From NCBI GenBank assembly GCA_046581755.1, contig JAYGFR010000103.1:40526-104525 (forward strand): a stretch of DNA of 64,000 nucleotides, read 5' to 3'. The translations under genes were made by a program, and so were the position numbers. Of the stretch, positions 8,587 through 17,422 are shown piece after piece (position 1 is the first letter of the stretch; each line of letters begins with the position of its first letter). The DNA comes from Nitrospinota bacterium. GTDB lineage: Bacteria > UBA8248. The notes below the pieces were generated by a model. That model did no database searches, was not told the DNA's origin, and saw only the letters and a list, made by a program, of their open reading frames with translations.

Positions 8587-9735
8587 ATGAGCAAAGACGT
8601 TTTTAAGGAAATGTCCGAGTTGAAGGAAAAAGGAACCCGCGGCGCCATCGCCACGGTCGTATCGAGGAAGGGCTCCGCTCCCATGAGCGGGGACGCCAAG
8701 ATGCTCGTCCGCGAGGACGGAAGCACGATGGGAACCGTGGGCGGCGGATGCCTCGAGGCCGAGGTCTGGCAGACGGCGATGAACATCATCGAGGATGGCA
8801 GCCCGGAAAAGGTCTCCTTCGACCTGACCGCCGACGAGGCCGGGGACAGCGGTCACATCTGCGGCGGAACGGTGGAAATCTTCATCGAGCCCTTCGACGC
8901 CTACGATCCCGGCCTCCTCGCCGAGATCCTCGATGTCCGGAACCGTGGCCAAAGCGCCGTTCTGGCCACGGTGGTTCAGGTGGGGAGCGGGAAGGAATCC
9001 TCTCCCGATCAAAGGAAAATGCTAGTGAAGAGGAGCGGGACCATGATTGGCGAAATCCCCGATTTCGCCGCCGAGATATGGCGTGAAAGCGGCCAGATCA
9101 TGCGCCAGGGTCAGCCCTCACTGATGCAGTTTTGGGCCGGGGACGATCGCCCGGGGGCCAAGCGCCGCTCCGCCGGGGATGCGACAGAAATTTTCGTGGA
9201 GCCGATCACGGCCCAGCCGCTGGTCTACCTGTTCGGCGGCGGGCACGTCTCCTACTGCGTGGCGCTGGCCGCCCAGATGGCCGGGTTCCGGATCGCCGTC
9301 GTCGAGGACCGGCCCAGCTTCGCCAACAAGGAACGGTTCCCGATGGCGGAATCGTTCTATGTGGGCGAGCATCCCGCCATTTTCGACGAAATCCCGGTGG
9401 ACGAATCCAACTACCTCACCATCATCACCCGCGGCCATGCAAATGACGAGATCATCCTGGAGTGGGCGCTCAAGACCCCGGCCCGCTACATCGGCATGAT
9501 CGGCTCAAAGAGCAAGGTTCTGCTGACCTACCGCCACCTGCGGGACAAGGGCTTCGACATGGACGAGATCATCCGCCGCGTCCATGCCCCCATCGGTCTC
9601 GACATCGGCGCCGACTCTCCCGGCGAGATAGGAATTTCCATCGCGGCCGAGTTCATCCGCCTCCGGCGCCAGGGGGAGGAAGCCATGCAGGACGCCCTTT
9701 CCAGCAAGAAAATCAACCTTCGGAAAAAATCTTGA
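8587..9735 (+). CDS. xdhC: XdhC/CoxF family molybdenum-cofactor insertion chaperone
   Basis: ATVVSRKGSAP, GTVGGGCLEAEV, ICGGTVEIFIEP, LFGGGHVS, IITRGHAND, YIGMIGSKSK, HAPIGLDIGADSPGEIGISIAAE. Confidence 0.92.
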   Translation: MSKDVFKEMSELKEKGTRGAIATVVSRKGSAPMSGDAKMLVREDGSTMGTVGGGCLEAEVWQTAMNIIEDGSPEKVSFDLTADEAGDSGHICGGTVEIFIEPFDAYDPGLLAEILDVRNRGQSAVLATVVQVGSGKESSPDQRKMLVKRSGTMIGEIPDFAAEIWRESGQIMRQGQPSLMQFWAGDDRPGAKRRSAGDATEIFVEPITAQPLVYLFGGGHVSYCVALAAQMAGFRIAVVEDRPSFANKERFPMAESFYVGEHPAIFDEIPVDESNYLTIITRGHANDEIILEWALKTPARYIGMIGSKSKVLLTYRHLRDKGFDMDEIIRRVHAPIGLDIGADSPGEIGISIAAEFIRLRRQGEEAMQDALSSKKINLRKKS

Positions 9736-9772
9736 CCGGAGCGGGCTTCCCCCGCCCCGCGGCCGTCCCGCC

Positions 9773-10557
9773 ATGCAGCGGTTTCTCAATTTATTGTCCG
9801 GCCTCTCCGATATTATTCTCCCGCGCTCGTGCCCCACATGCGGCGGCGCGCTACCCTTCGGGGGCGGCAGAGCCATATGCGAAACTTGCCTGGAGGCGCT
9901 CGAGCGGACCTTGCCCCCCTGGTGCCCCGTATGCGGAAAACCGTTCCGCTCGGAATTCACCCTCTCCTATTCCCCGGACCACCTTTGCGCCGAGTGCCGC
10001 GAATGGCCGCCGGATTTCGATGGGGCCCGCGCCCTGGGCCCCTACGATGGCGCCCTTCGTAATCTGGTTCATCTGATCAAATACCACGGCTACACCTCCC
10101 TTGCCGCCGAGCTGGGGGTAGAACTCAGCCAGCGGGCCCGGCAGGAATTTCCCGGTGCCGCTGATGCGGGAGACGGATTGATAACGTTCGTTCCCATCGC
10201 CCGGAAACCTGGAAAGAGCGCGGCTTCGATCAGGCCCGGCTTCTCGCCCAGAGCACCGCCGGGCGCCTGGGAGTGGCATTCGCGCCCACTCTCGAGAGGA
10301 GAGCCCCCTCGGCCCCCCAGACACGCCTGACGGCCAAGCGGAGGAGAAAAATCCTGCGCGGCGTTTTCTCCTCTCTCAACCCGCCCGCCTCGGAGGGGAA
10401 ACGGGTCATTTTGATCGACGATGTTCTGACAACCGGCTCGACGGCCTCGGCCTGCGCCCGGGAACTCAAAATAGCGGGTGCATTATCCGTAAGTGTCTTG
10501 ACCATTTGTCTTACTGTGATAAAAGGAATTCAGAATTTAATATTTTATTTATGCTGA
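9773..10557 (+). pseudogene. comF: ComF family protein (double zinc ribbon + phosphoribosyltransferase), frameshifted near 10200
   Basis: First frame has CPTC, CETC, CPVC and CAEC up to FVPI. The second frame continues ERGFDQA...PQTRL...VILIDDVLTTGST. One C is missing in atcgcccggaa. Confidence 0.8.
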
Positions 10558-10646
10558 GAGTTATCTTAACTGCAAGAATTTAAAATGGTTAAGTCATGCA
10601 ATGCAAATAGTTAAAAAAGGTAAATATATTTAAATAAAAAAAATAC

Positions 10647-10675
10647 TTGAAATAATTATGGGTAAAGCGTATTTT
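10647..10675 (+). promoter_or_regulatory. Putative sigma70 promoter in an AT-rich island upstream of the XRE regulator
   Basis: TTGAAA-17 bp-TATTTT, preceded by an A/T tract resembling an UP element. Confidence 0.4.
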
Positions 10676-10813
10676 TGAATTTATAATTTAGGGAGATTTG
10701 AGGATCTCAGGGTTTATTTAACCCCAAACAGTCCGTAATATGGTGAAGCTAGGAAATGGAGCGAGTGGCCATAGGTTCTACTACTGGACTATGCGAAACG
10801 GAAGTGGAGAACG

Positions 10814-11572
10814 ATGAAATTACGCCTCGAAAAACCCAGAAGAGAAGCGATCGGAGCCCGGCTCAGGGAGATTCGGCTCTTCAATAAACTCGAGCAAACC
10901 GAGCTTGCCGATCGTGCGGGCCTTTCTCAGGCCATCATCAGCCAGTACGAAAAAGGTCTCACCGAAATCAGTCTCTCGTTCATCAAGTTCCTGGCCGATA
11001 ACTTCAACATCTCGGGCGATTGGCTCATTTTCGGCACCGGCGAGTCGCCCCACGAGCAATCCCAAAAAGAAATCGAGCTCCGCCTCCCGAAAAGCCTCGG
11101 CGGCGCCTCCGTGAAAGGAAGAAAAAAGTCGGGATTTTTCGGCATCCCCATCGTGGACCCCAAATCAGCCGCCAGGCCCGGCAAGGTCCAGAATGAGCAG
11201 ATCCAGGATTGGGAAATCGTCCGGCTTCAAGAGGCCACGGGCCGCAACAACCTCGTCGCCCTGGAGGTGAGGGGTGACTGGGTGAAAAACATGGACGCCC
11301 CCTTCCGGGCGGGCGGACGCATCGTCATCGATCGCGATGATAAGAAAGTGCGCCACGACGCCTTTTACGCCGTGAACAAGGCCATCAAGAAAAAAGCCCC
11401 GCGCGACGCCAGCATCACCGGAATCCGCCGCCTCAGCATGAGCGGCTCCCGGCTCTGGTTCGTCGAGGATCGCCCCGGCAAGGAATTCGAATTCATGGAC
11501 CTCAAGGCCAGCGACCGGATCGAAAACATCATCATCGGCCGGGTCATCTGGGTCTGGCAAAAGATGATCTAG
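10814..11572 (+). CDS. XRE-family HTH transcriptional regulator with a degenerate S24 (CI/LexA-like) C-terminal domain
   Basis: IGARLREIR...QTELADRAGLSQAIISQYEKG...DWLIFGTG; C-terminal ALEVRGD, IVIDR, IIGRVIWVW. Confidence 0.85.
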   Translation: MKLRLEKPRREAIGARLREIRLFNKLEQTELADRAGLSQAIISQYEKGLTEISLSFIKFLADNFNISGDWLIFGTGESPHEQSQKEIELRLPKSLGGASVKGRKKSGFFGIPIVDPKSAARPGKVQNEQIQDWEIVRLQEATGRNNLVALEVRGDWVKNMDAPFRAGGRIVIDRDDKKVRHDAFYAVNKAIKKKAPRDASITGIRRLSMSGSRLWFVEDRPGKEFEFMDLKASDRIENIIIGRVIWVWQKMI

Positions 11573-11595
11573 CCCCGCTGCCGATCGGATACCGC

Positions 11596-11630
11596 TAGCC
11601 GGCTCCCCCGGGGGGGCCGGCTATTTTTTT
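11596..11630 (+). terminator. Rho-independent terminator
   Basis: TAGCCGGCTCCCCC/GGGGGGGCCGGCTA stem followed by T7, between convergent genes. Confidence 0.8.
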
Positions 11631-11638
11631 CGGGCCCT

Positions 11639-12688
11639 TCATTTCATTACACCGGTCATGCGGCGGCGGGCCATCCGCGCGGCGAAGACCACGGCGTCCA
11701 CCATGCTCGACGCATCGGCCATCCCCCGGCCGGCGATATCGAATCCCGTTCCGTGCTCGACCGAGGTGCGGATGATGGGCAGCCCCAGCGTCACGTTCAC
11801 TCCCCGCACGTTGCCGCCCCCCTTCCCGCCGAACCGGAACGCCATCATCTTCCCGGCAATGTGTCCCTGGTCGTGGTACATGGCCACCACCCCATCGAAC
11901 TGCCCGCCCCTGAGCTTGGCGAAGACCGTATCGGGCGCCTCGGGGCCGAAGGCGGCGATGCCCTCTCGACGCAAATCCTCGACGGCGGGCGCGATCTCGC
12001 AGACCTCCTCGGAGCCGAAAAGGCCGTTTTCCCCCGCATGGGGATTCAGCCCCGCCACGGCGATCCGCGGCGGCCGCCCGTCGAGGGCCTCGAGTGTCTC
12101 CGCCAAAAGCCGTCCCGCATGGACGATGCGCCGGCGCTTCACGAGGCGGAGCGCCTCCCGGAGGGAGCAATGCGTCGAAATGTGGACGATGCGGATTTTC
12201 CCGTGGGCGAGCATCATCACCGGGCGCGCGCGCCCCAGGATATGAGCCAGCATCTCCGTGTGTCCGGGAAAGGGATAGCCCCCCGCCTGGAGCGCCTCCT
12301 TATGAATCGGTCCGGTCGCCATTCCCGCTGCCCGGCCCTCCTGAATCTGGCGGACGGCCTCCTCGATGTAGCCCGCCGCCGCGCGGCCGAGGCTGGCCCG
12401 TATCCTGCCGAACACCCGATCGCGCGCCGCAACGTTCGCCAGATCGAGCACGGCGGTGGCCCCCGCCGATTTTCCGGCAAGATCGTCCAACTCATCGGGC
12501 GAGACCGGAACCAGCCTGCCCGGCAGGCGCATTTTTCGCGCGTGGTGCCTGAGCACCTTCAGATCACCCACGATCAGCGGGAGGCACGCCCTCCGGACGC
12601 GGGGCGACTGGACCGCCTTGAGGCACACCTCGGGCCCGACCCCGGAGGGGTCTCCCATCGTCATCGCCACCACCGGAAACTTTTTCAT
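11639..12688 (-). CDS. pdxA: 4-hydroxythreonine-4-phosphate dehydrogenase family (PdxA/PdxA2)
   Basis: TMGDPSGVGPE, TGPIHK, FPGHTE, GLNPHAGENG, AMYHDQGH, VNVTLGLPIIRTSVEHGT. Confidence 0.93.
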   Translation of the reverse strand: MKKFPVVAMTMGDPSGVGPEVCLKAVQSPRVRRACLPLIVGDLKVLRHHARKMRLPGRLVPVSPDELDDLAGKSAGATAVLDLANVAARDRVFGRIRASLGRAAAGYIEEAVRQIQEGRAAGMATGPIHKEALQAGGYPFPGHTEMLAHILGRARPVMMLAHGKIRIVHISTHCSLREALRLVKRRRIVHAGRLLAETLEALDGRPPRIAVAGLNPHAGENGLFGSEEVCEIAPAVEDLRREGIAAFGPEAPDTVFAKLRGGQFDGVVAMYHDQGHIAGKMMAFRFGGKGGGNVRGVNVTLGLPIIRTSVEHGTGFDIAGRGMADASSMVDAVVFAARMARRRMTGVMK

Positions 12689-12840
12689 CCGCTCCCCTCA
12701 TCGCGCGCCGGGCGCGGCCCCGGGCGCAAAACACATCCGCGCGGCCGATGGCCGCGCTCTCGTTGACATCCTTATACCCCAGGCACCACGATAGTTGGAC
12801 CGGCACGCCCATTCATACATTCGATTTTAAGGAGAACCCC

Positions 12841-13350
12841 TTGTCCAAAAACGGCGCAAGCGCCTCCAAGACGCTGGCCGCGCTCAAATCCCTCGGCTTC
12901 ACTCATGTCCTCGCCATTCCAGACTCCGAGAGCGCACTCCTCTACACGGCCATCGAGAAAGACCCGGACATCGACCTCATCCTCCCCACCCGCGAGGGGG
13001 AATCCATCGCCATCGCGGCCGGCCTCTGGACCGGAGGCCGGAAACCCCTCGTCCTGATCCAGAACACGGGCTTCATGGAGGCCGGAGATGCCCTGCGCGG
13101 CTGCGGCCTGGGCCCCCGGGTGCCGCTTCGCCTCATGGTCGGCTGGCGCGGCTACGGCGGCGCCATGGCCGGGAAAAAGCCCACCGACTCGGCTTACACA
13201 TACACCGAGCCGCTCCTGAAGGCATGGGGGATTCCCACCTGGCATCTCATGTGCGACGACGACCTCCCGGCGATCGAGCAGATGGACCGCACGGCGGAGG
13301 AGACCTCCCTCCCCGCCGCCGTCATCACCGGCTACGCCTTCACCGAATAA
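12841..13350 (+). CDS. TPP-dependent decarboxylase alpha subunit (sulfopyruvate/phosphonopyruvate decarboxylase-like, ComD-like)
   Basis: IPDS, TREGESIAIAAGLW, LIQNTG, LMVGWRG, TEPLL; TTG start after AAGGAG. Confidence 0.8.
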   Translation: MSKNGASASKTLAALKSLGFTHVLAIPDSESALLYTAIEKDPDIDLILPTREGESIAIAAGLWTGGRKPLVLIQNTGFMEAGDALRGCGLGPRVPLRLMVGWRGYGGAMAGKKPTDSAYTYTEPLLKAWGIPTWHLMCDDDLPAIEQMDRTAEETSLPAAVITGYAFTE

Positions 13351-13364
13351 GCGAGAAAAAAACC

Positions 13365-13958
13365 ATGATCGAACGAATGGACCTGTTCCGCGCCGTCCAC
13401 GCCCGGCGGACCGACGAAATCGCCGTCCTCACCATGGCGGCCACGCTCCAATACCCCCTCGTCTCCGACCACGAACTCGACTTCGACTTCCTCGCCTTCG
13501 GCATGGGCCATGCCGGCGACTTCGCGCTGGGCCTCGCCCTGGCCCGGCCCGAGCGCAAGACCATCGTATTCAAGGGGGACGGGGGACAACTGATGAGCCT
13601 GGGATCGCTCGTGACGCTGGGGCGCTACGCGCCGGGGAACCTGCTCGTCCTATTTCTCGAAAACCGGGTCTACGAGCAGACGGGCTCCCAGCCCTTCTCC
13701 GATCGCGTGGACTTCGACACCCTCGCGCGCGGGGCGGGCATCCAGGGCGGCGGCGCCACCGGCAAGGGGAAAATCGAGCGAATCGAAACCATCGAAACCT
13801 TCGAGGAGGCCCTGCATCGCCTGCTCACCGAGGAAGGCCCCCACTTTGTCATCTGCCCGGTCGAGAACTACGAGCACGTCCCGCCGACCAGCCACACCGA
13901 CCACGCGGGACGGATCCGGAACCTGAGAAAGGGCCTCGGACTGCCCGTGCCCAATTGA
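13365..13958 (+). CDS. TPP-dependent decarboxylase beta subunit (ComE-like)
   Basis: GMGHA..FALGLALARP, TPP motif GDGGQLMSLGSL...ENRVYEQTG. Confidence 0.8.
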   Translation: MIERMDLFRAVHARRTDEIAVLTMAATLQYPLVSDHELDFDFLAFGMGHAGDFALGLALARPERKTIVFKGDGGQLMSLGSLVTLGRYAPGNLLVLFLENRVYEQTGSQPFSDRVDFDTLARGAGIQGGGATGKGKIERIETIETFEEALHRLLTEEGPHFVICPVENYEHVPPTSHTDHAGRIRNLRKGLGLPVPN

Positions 13959-13971
13959 CCTTTTTTCCCAA

Positions 13972-14016
13972 CCGCCCCATCCGCCAGAGCCGCCCGAACC
14001 GCCAGAGCCGCCTCAA
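13972..14016. repeat. Intergenic 9-bp degenerate tandem repeat (CCGCCNSAN x5)
   Basis: ccgccccat ccgccagag ccgcccgaa ccgccagag ccgcctcaa. Confidence 0.6.
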
Positions 14017-14138
14017 CTGTTCGAACCGCGGCCCTTCAACCGCAAAGCGCAAAAACCCTCCCCCGGCCATCCACCGGGGAGGACTATCGCTGGATAAATG
14101 AAAACCAAACGGGAATGCGGGAAAATTCGCATTTCCCC

Positions 14139-15113
14139 CTACACGTTCAACACCACCTTCCCCAAAAATTTTCCGCTCAGGACCAGTTCGTGCGAATCGT
14201 TGGCCTCATCGAGCGGAAGCTCGCGGCCGATATGAGGGTGGATGTCCCCCCGCTCGAGGAGGGGCCTCAGATGAAGGAGGGCCTTGGGGATATGCGGGGC
14301 CATGTTGGCCGAGGAGATTCCCATCATCCGCGCGTCCCGGCTCATGGCCGGGCGGAGCGAGATCGTCACCTCCGAGCCCTTCCCCGTGCCCCCGCCGACG
14401 ATGACGATGCGCCCGTTCAGGGCGAGGAGTTCGAGGTCGCCGGCCAGATTGTCGCTGGCGGCGGTTTCGACCACCACGTCCGCCCCCCGCCCGGCGGTCA
14501 CCTCCTTCACCCGCTCGGGAACGTTGCTCTCCCGGTAGTTGATCACCTCCTCGGCGCCCGCCTCCCGGCAAAAATCGGCCTTTTCCTCCGAACTCACCGT
14601 CGCCAGCACGCGGCAGCCCATGTGCCGGGCCAGCTGAATCGCCAGATGGCCGACGCCACCCGCGCCGCCCTGGACGAGCACCGTCTCGCCAAGCCCCGCT
14701 TCGCCCTTGATCACCAGAGCGTTCCAGGCCGTGAGGAGGGGAATCGGCAGGCAGGCTCCCTCTTCGGAGGTCAGGCTGTCCGGAAGGATTCCGGTCGCCG
14801 CCGCCGAGAGGACGCCCTTTTCGGCGTACCCCCCGGTCAGGGAGCGGCCCCACACCCGGTCCCCGGCCTTGATGGCGTCCACGCCCTCGCCCACGGTCTC
14901 CACCTCGCCCGAAACGTCTGTACCGCAAACCATGGGGAGCTGCATCATCTTCGAGCGTGGATGATTGCCCGAGCGAATCGAAATTTCGAGCGGGTTGACC
15001 CCCGCCGCGCGAACGCGCACCACCACCTGCCCCGGCCCCGCCTGGGGGGCAGACAGGTCCTCCACCACCATGGGGGTATCGAGTCCGAGCTTATGAACGC
15101 TGACCGCTTTCAT
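14139..15113 (-). CDS. NADPH:quinone oxidoreductase (zeta-crystallin-like MDR)
   Basis: AAGVNP, GGYAE, VLVQGGAGGVG, GKFLGKVVL. Confidence 0.9.
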   Translation of the reverse strand: MKAVSVHKLGLDTPMVVEDLSAPQAGPGQVVVRVRAAGVNPLEISIRSGNHPRSKMMQLPMVCGTDVSGEVETVGEGVDAIKAGDRVWGRSLTGGYAEKGVLSAAATGILPDSLTSEEGACLPIPLLTAWNALVIKGEAGLGETVLVQGGAGGVGHLAIQLARHMGCRVLATVSSEEKADFCREAGAEEVINYRESNVPERVKEVTAGRGADVVVETAASDNLAGDLELLALNGRIVIVGGGTGKGSEVTISLRPAMSRDARMMGISSANMAPHIPKALLHLRPLLERGDIHPHIGRELPLDEANDSHELVLSGKFLGKVVLNV

Positions 15114-16084
15114 GGCGTGAGCACCACCTTTCCGATAAATTTTCCACTTAACACGACATCGTGCGCCTTGTTGGCCGATTCCATCGGCAGCGCCCGGTCG
15201 ATGTGGATCTTGAGCGTCCCCTCGCGGAGAACCGGCGTGAAGCGCCGGATCAGTTCGCCCATCTTGGGGATGAGGTTCACCACCGCGAGGCCGAGCACCC
15301 GCGCGTCCTTGGTCATCACCGAGGGCACCCGAAAATCCGTCATGGGTCCTATTCCGGTTCCGGTGCCGATGACGATGACGCGCCCATCGATGCAGATGGC
15401 ATCGAGATCCTTGTCGAAATTATCGCAAGCGGCGAGTTCGACGATGACATCCACCCCGCGCCCGCCGGTGAGTTCCATGCACCGCTCGGCGAAATTCTCC
15501 TCGCGGTAGTTGATCGTCTCATCGGCGCCGAGGCTCCGGCAATAATCCGCCTTCTCTCCGGAACTCACCGTCGCGAACACCCGGCAGCCCATCCGCTTGG
15601 CGATCTGAATCGCGGCGCTGCCGACGCCCCCGGCCCCGCCCTGGACGAGAACCGTCTCGCCGGGCCCTGCCTCAGCCTTGATCACCAGGGCGTTCCAGGC
15701 CGTGTAGAAGGGAACCGTGATGCCCGCGCCCTCCTCGTAGCTGTAAGCCTCGGGAAGCTCGGCGGCCCCATCCGCCGGGAGGCGCACCAGTTCCGCGTAG
15801 CCGCCCCCCATCGCCCGCCCGTAGACGCGCTGGCCCACCTCGAAGCCCTCCACACCCTCGCCGATGGCCACCACCTCGCCCGCCGCCTCGGCGCCCGGGA
15901 CGTAGGGGGGCGTCACCATCTTCGCATAGGGGTGCTTGTTCGCCCGGATGGCGATGTCCACCGGGTTGACACCCATCGCTCCCGCCCGGATCAGAAGCTC
16001 TCCCGGCTGGGCTGCGGCGTCCTCGATTTCCTCTTCCTGCATCGGAACGGATAGATCAAACTTGTGTACGCGAACCGCTTTCAT
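15110..16084 (-). CDS. NADPH:quinone oxidoreductase (zeta-crystallin-like MDR)
   Basis: GVNPVD, VPGAEAAG, VLVQGGAGGVG, GKFIGKVVL; tandem paralogue with a 4-bp overlap. Confidence 0.9.
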   Translation of the reverse strand: MKAVRVHKFDLSVPMQEEEIEDAAAQPGELLIRAGAMGVNPVDIAIRANKHPYAKMVTPPYVPGAEAAGEVVAIGEGVEGFEVGQRVYGRAMGGGYAELVRLPADGAAELPEAYSYEEGAGITVPFYTAWNALVIKAEAGPGETVLVQGGAGGVGSAAIQIAKRMGCRVFATVSSGEKADYCRSLGADETINYREENFAERCMELTGGRGVDVIVELAACDNFDKDLDAICIDGRVIVIGTGTGIGPMTDFRVPSVMTKDARVLGLAVVNLIPKMGELIRRFTPVLREGTLKIHIDRALPMESANKAHDVVLSGKFIGKVVLTP

Positions 16085-16144
16085 GGCATCCCTTTCAGGT
16101 TGAATAAATGACGAATTGACGCGAATGAACCCCCCGACCCCGGA

Positions 16145-17200
16145 TTATTTTTTTTTGGGTGAAACCGGGAATCTGTCGACCATATATTCTTCGCTATCGA
16201 TGAGATGCACAAGGTCCGCCGCCGCCTTGCGCACCCGCCGCATCAGGGGCGAGCCCAGGTCCGGCTTGACGGCGACCCGCTCGGCGCCCCGCCGCGCCGC
16301 CTCCTTGTCGCCCAGCCGGTAGTCGCATCGCGCGATGCGCCATTCGGCGTAATTCGCATAAAACCCCTCGACCCTGCCCTCGATGTGCCGGAAGCGCCCG
16401 CGCAGCCTCCGGAACATCGCCCTTGCGCGCTTGTATTTTTTTTGAACGAAATACCCCTCCGCATGGGCGAAGCGGTAGTGGGGCTGATCGGGATAGTCCC
16501 CGATGAGCCCGGCGAGGACGGCGCGGGCATCGGCGAATTTGTTGTCCGCATAAAATGCGTAGACTAGCTCGATCCGCGCCAGGTCCCGGAGCCATCTGCC
16601 GCCCCTGGCAACCCGGCGCATGTAGCGAATCCCGGTATCGCCCGTGTCGCCGAGCAGCGGGGCCAGGTCGCGGAGCCATTTGGCCCGGCTACGCCAGAAA
16701 TAATAGAGGCCCAGCCCGTAGTAGGCGTCCTCGAGCTTTGGGTTCAGGGCGATCGCCCGCTCGAGATAGCGCTTGGTTTTCAGGCTCCTTATGAGCGCCC
16801 GGACGTAGCTCTTCCGCCGGGAAGCCGCCAGCGCCCGCATTCCGGCTGCCAGACCCCCGAGAAGATAGGCCTCGGCATCCTTCGGGGCCGCCTTGATCCG
16901 TTCCTCGGCGAGGGCGGCCGCCCGCGCGGCGTTTTTCTCGAATCCCTCCCGGAAGGGCGGATCCTCAAAATGCCCGGCCAGGATGCTGTAGACCGAGGCG
17001 AGGAAAAAATAGCCCCTGGGATCGCCGGGCGCTTTTTTCACCACGCCCTCGAACTCGCGCAGGGCCTCCTCGTAGCCGCCGGCGGCGGTGGCCCGGAGGC
17101 CCCGCCGGATGCCGGCTTCGAGAGGAGAAGCCGCCCGGGCCGGCGCGGGCGCGGCGATGACCAAAAAAATAGCAGTGGCGAACCCAGCGGCTCGGCGCAA
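16145..17200 (-). CDS. Exported tetratricopeptide-repeat protein
   Basis: Signal-peptide-like N-terminus (APARA); TPR-like segments AIALNPKLEDAYYGLG and APKDAEAYLL. Confidence 0.7.
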   Translation of the reverse strand: MRRAAGFATAIFLVIAAPAPARAASPLEAGIRRGLRATAAGGYEEALREFEGVVKKAPGDPRGYFFLASVYSILAGHFEDPPFREGFEKNAARAAALAEERIKAAPKDAEAYLLGGLAAGMRALAASRRKSYVRALIRSLKTKRYLERAIALNPKLEDAYYGLGLYYFWRSRAKWLRDLAPLLGDTGDTGIRYMRRVARGGRWLRDLARIELVYAFYADNKFADARAVLAGLIGDYPDQPHYRFAHAEGYFVQKKYKRARAMFRRLRGRFRHIEGRVEGFYANYAEWRIARCDYRLGDKEAARRGAERVAVKPDLGSPLMRRVRKAAADLVHLIDSEEYMVDRFPVSPKKK

Positions 17201-17298
17201 TGGATTTTCTCCTTATAAAGACACGCTACCAAAGCCCCGCGCCCGCTATCAACATCGCGTCCCGGCCCCGGCGCCTCCCGGAATGGCCCCAGGAGAAA

Positions 17299-17343
17299 AT
17301 CCACCGGGGGCACATCCAGCGAGGGCACATCCAGCGGGAGCCC
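17299..17343. repeat. Intergenic 15-bp degenerate tandem repeat x3
   Basis: atccaccgggggcac atccagcgagggcac atccagcgggagccc. Confidence 0.6.
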
Positions 17344-17422
17344 CCTCGCTGGATGCCCAAGATTCCGCTATCTTCCCTGGGAGCGGGAGAGCCCTCCCGC
17401 CGGACAGGAGCGAGGCGGTGAC

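Noticed and set aside
4168..9735. Selenocysteine (in-frame TGA) in the yqeB operon
   Set aside because: All ORFs are full-length for their families, and the TGA codons sit at normal ends overlapping the next start.
10560..11572. Prophage immunity region
   Set aside because: No divergent cro, integrase or structural genes; the flanks are comF and pdxA.
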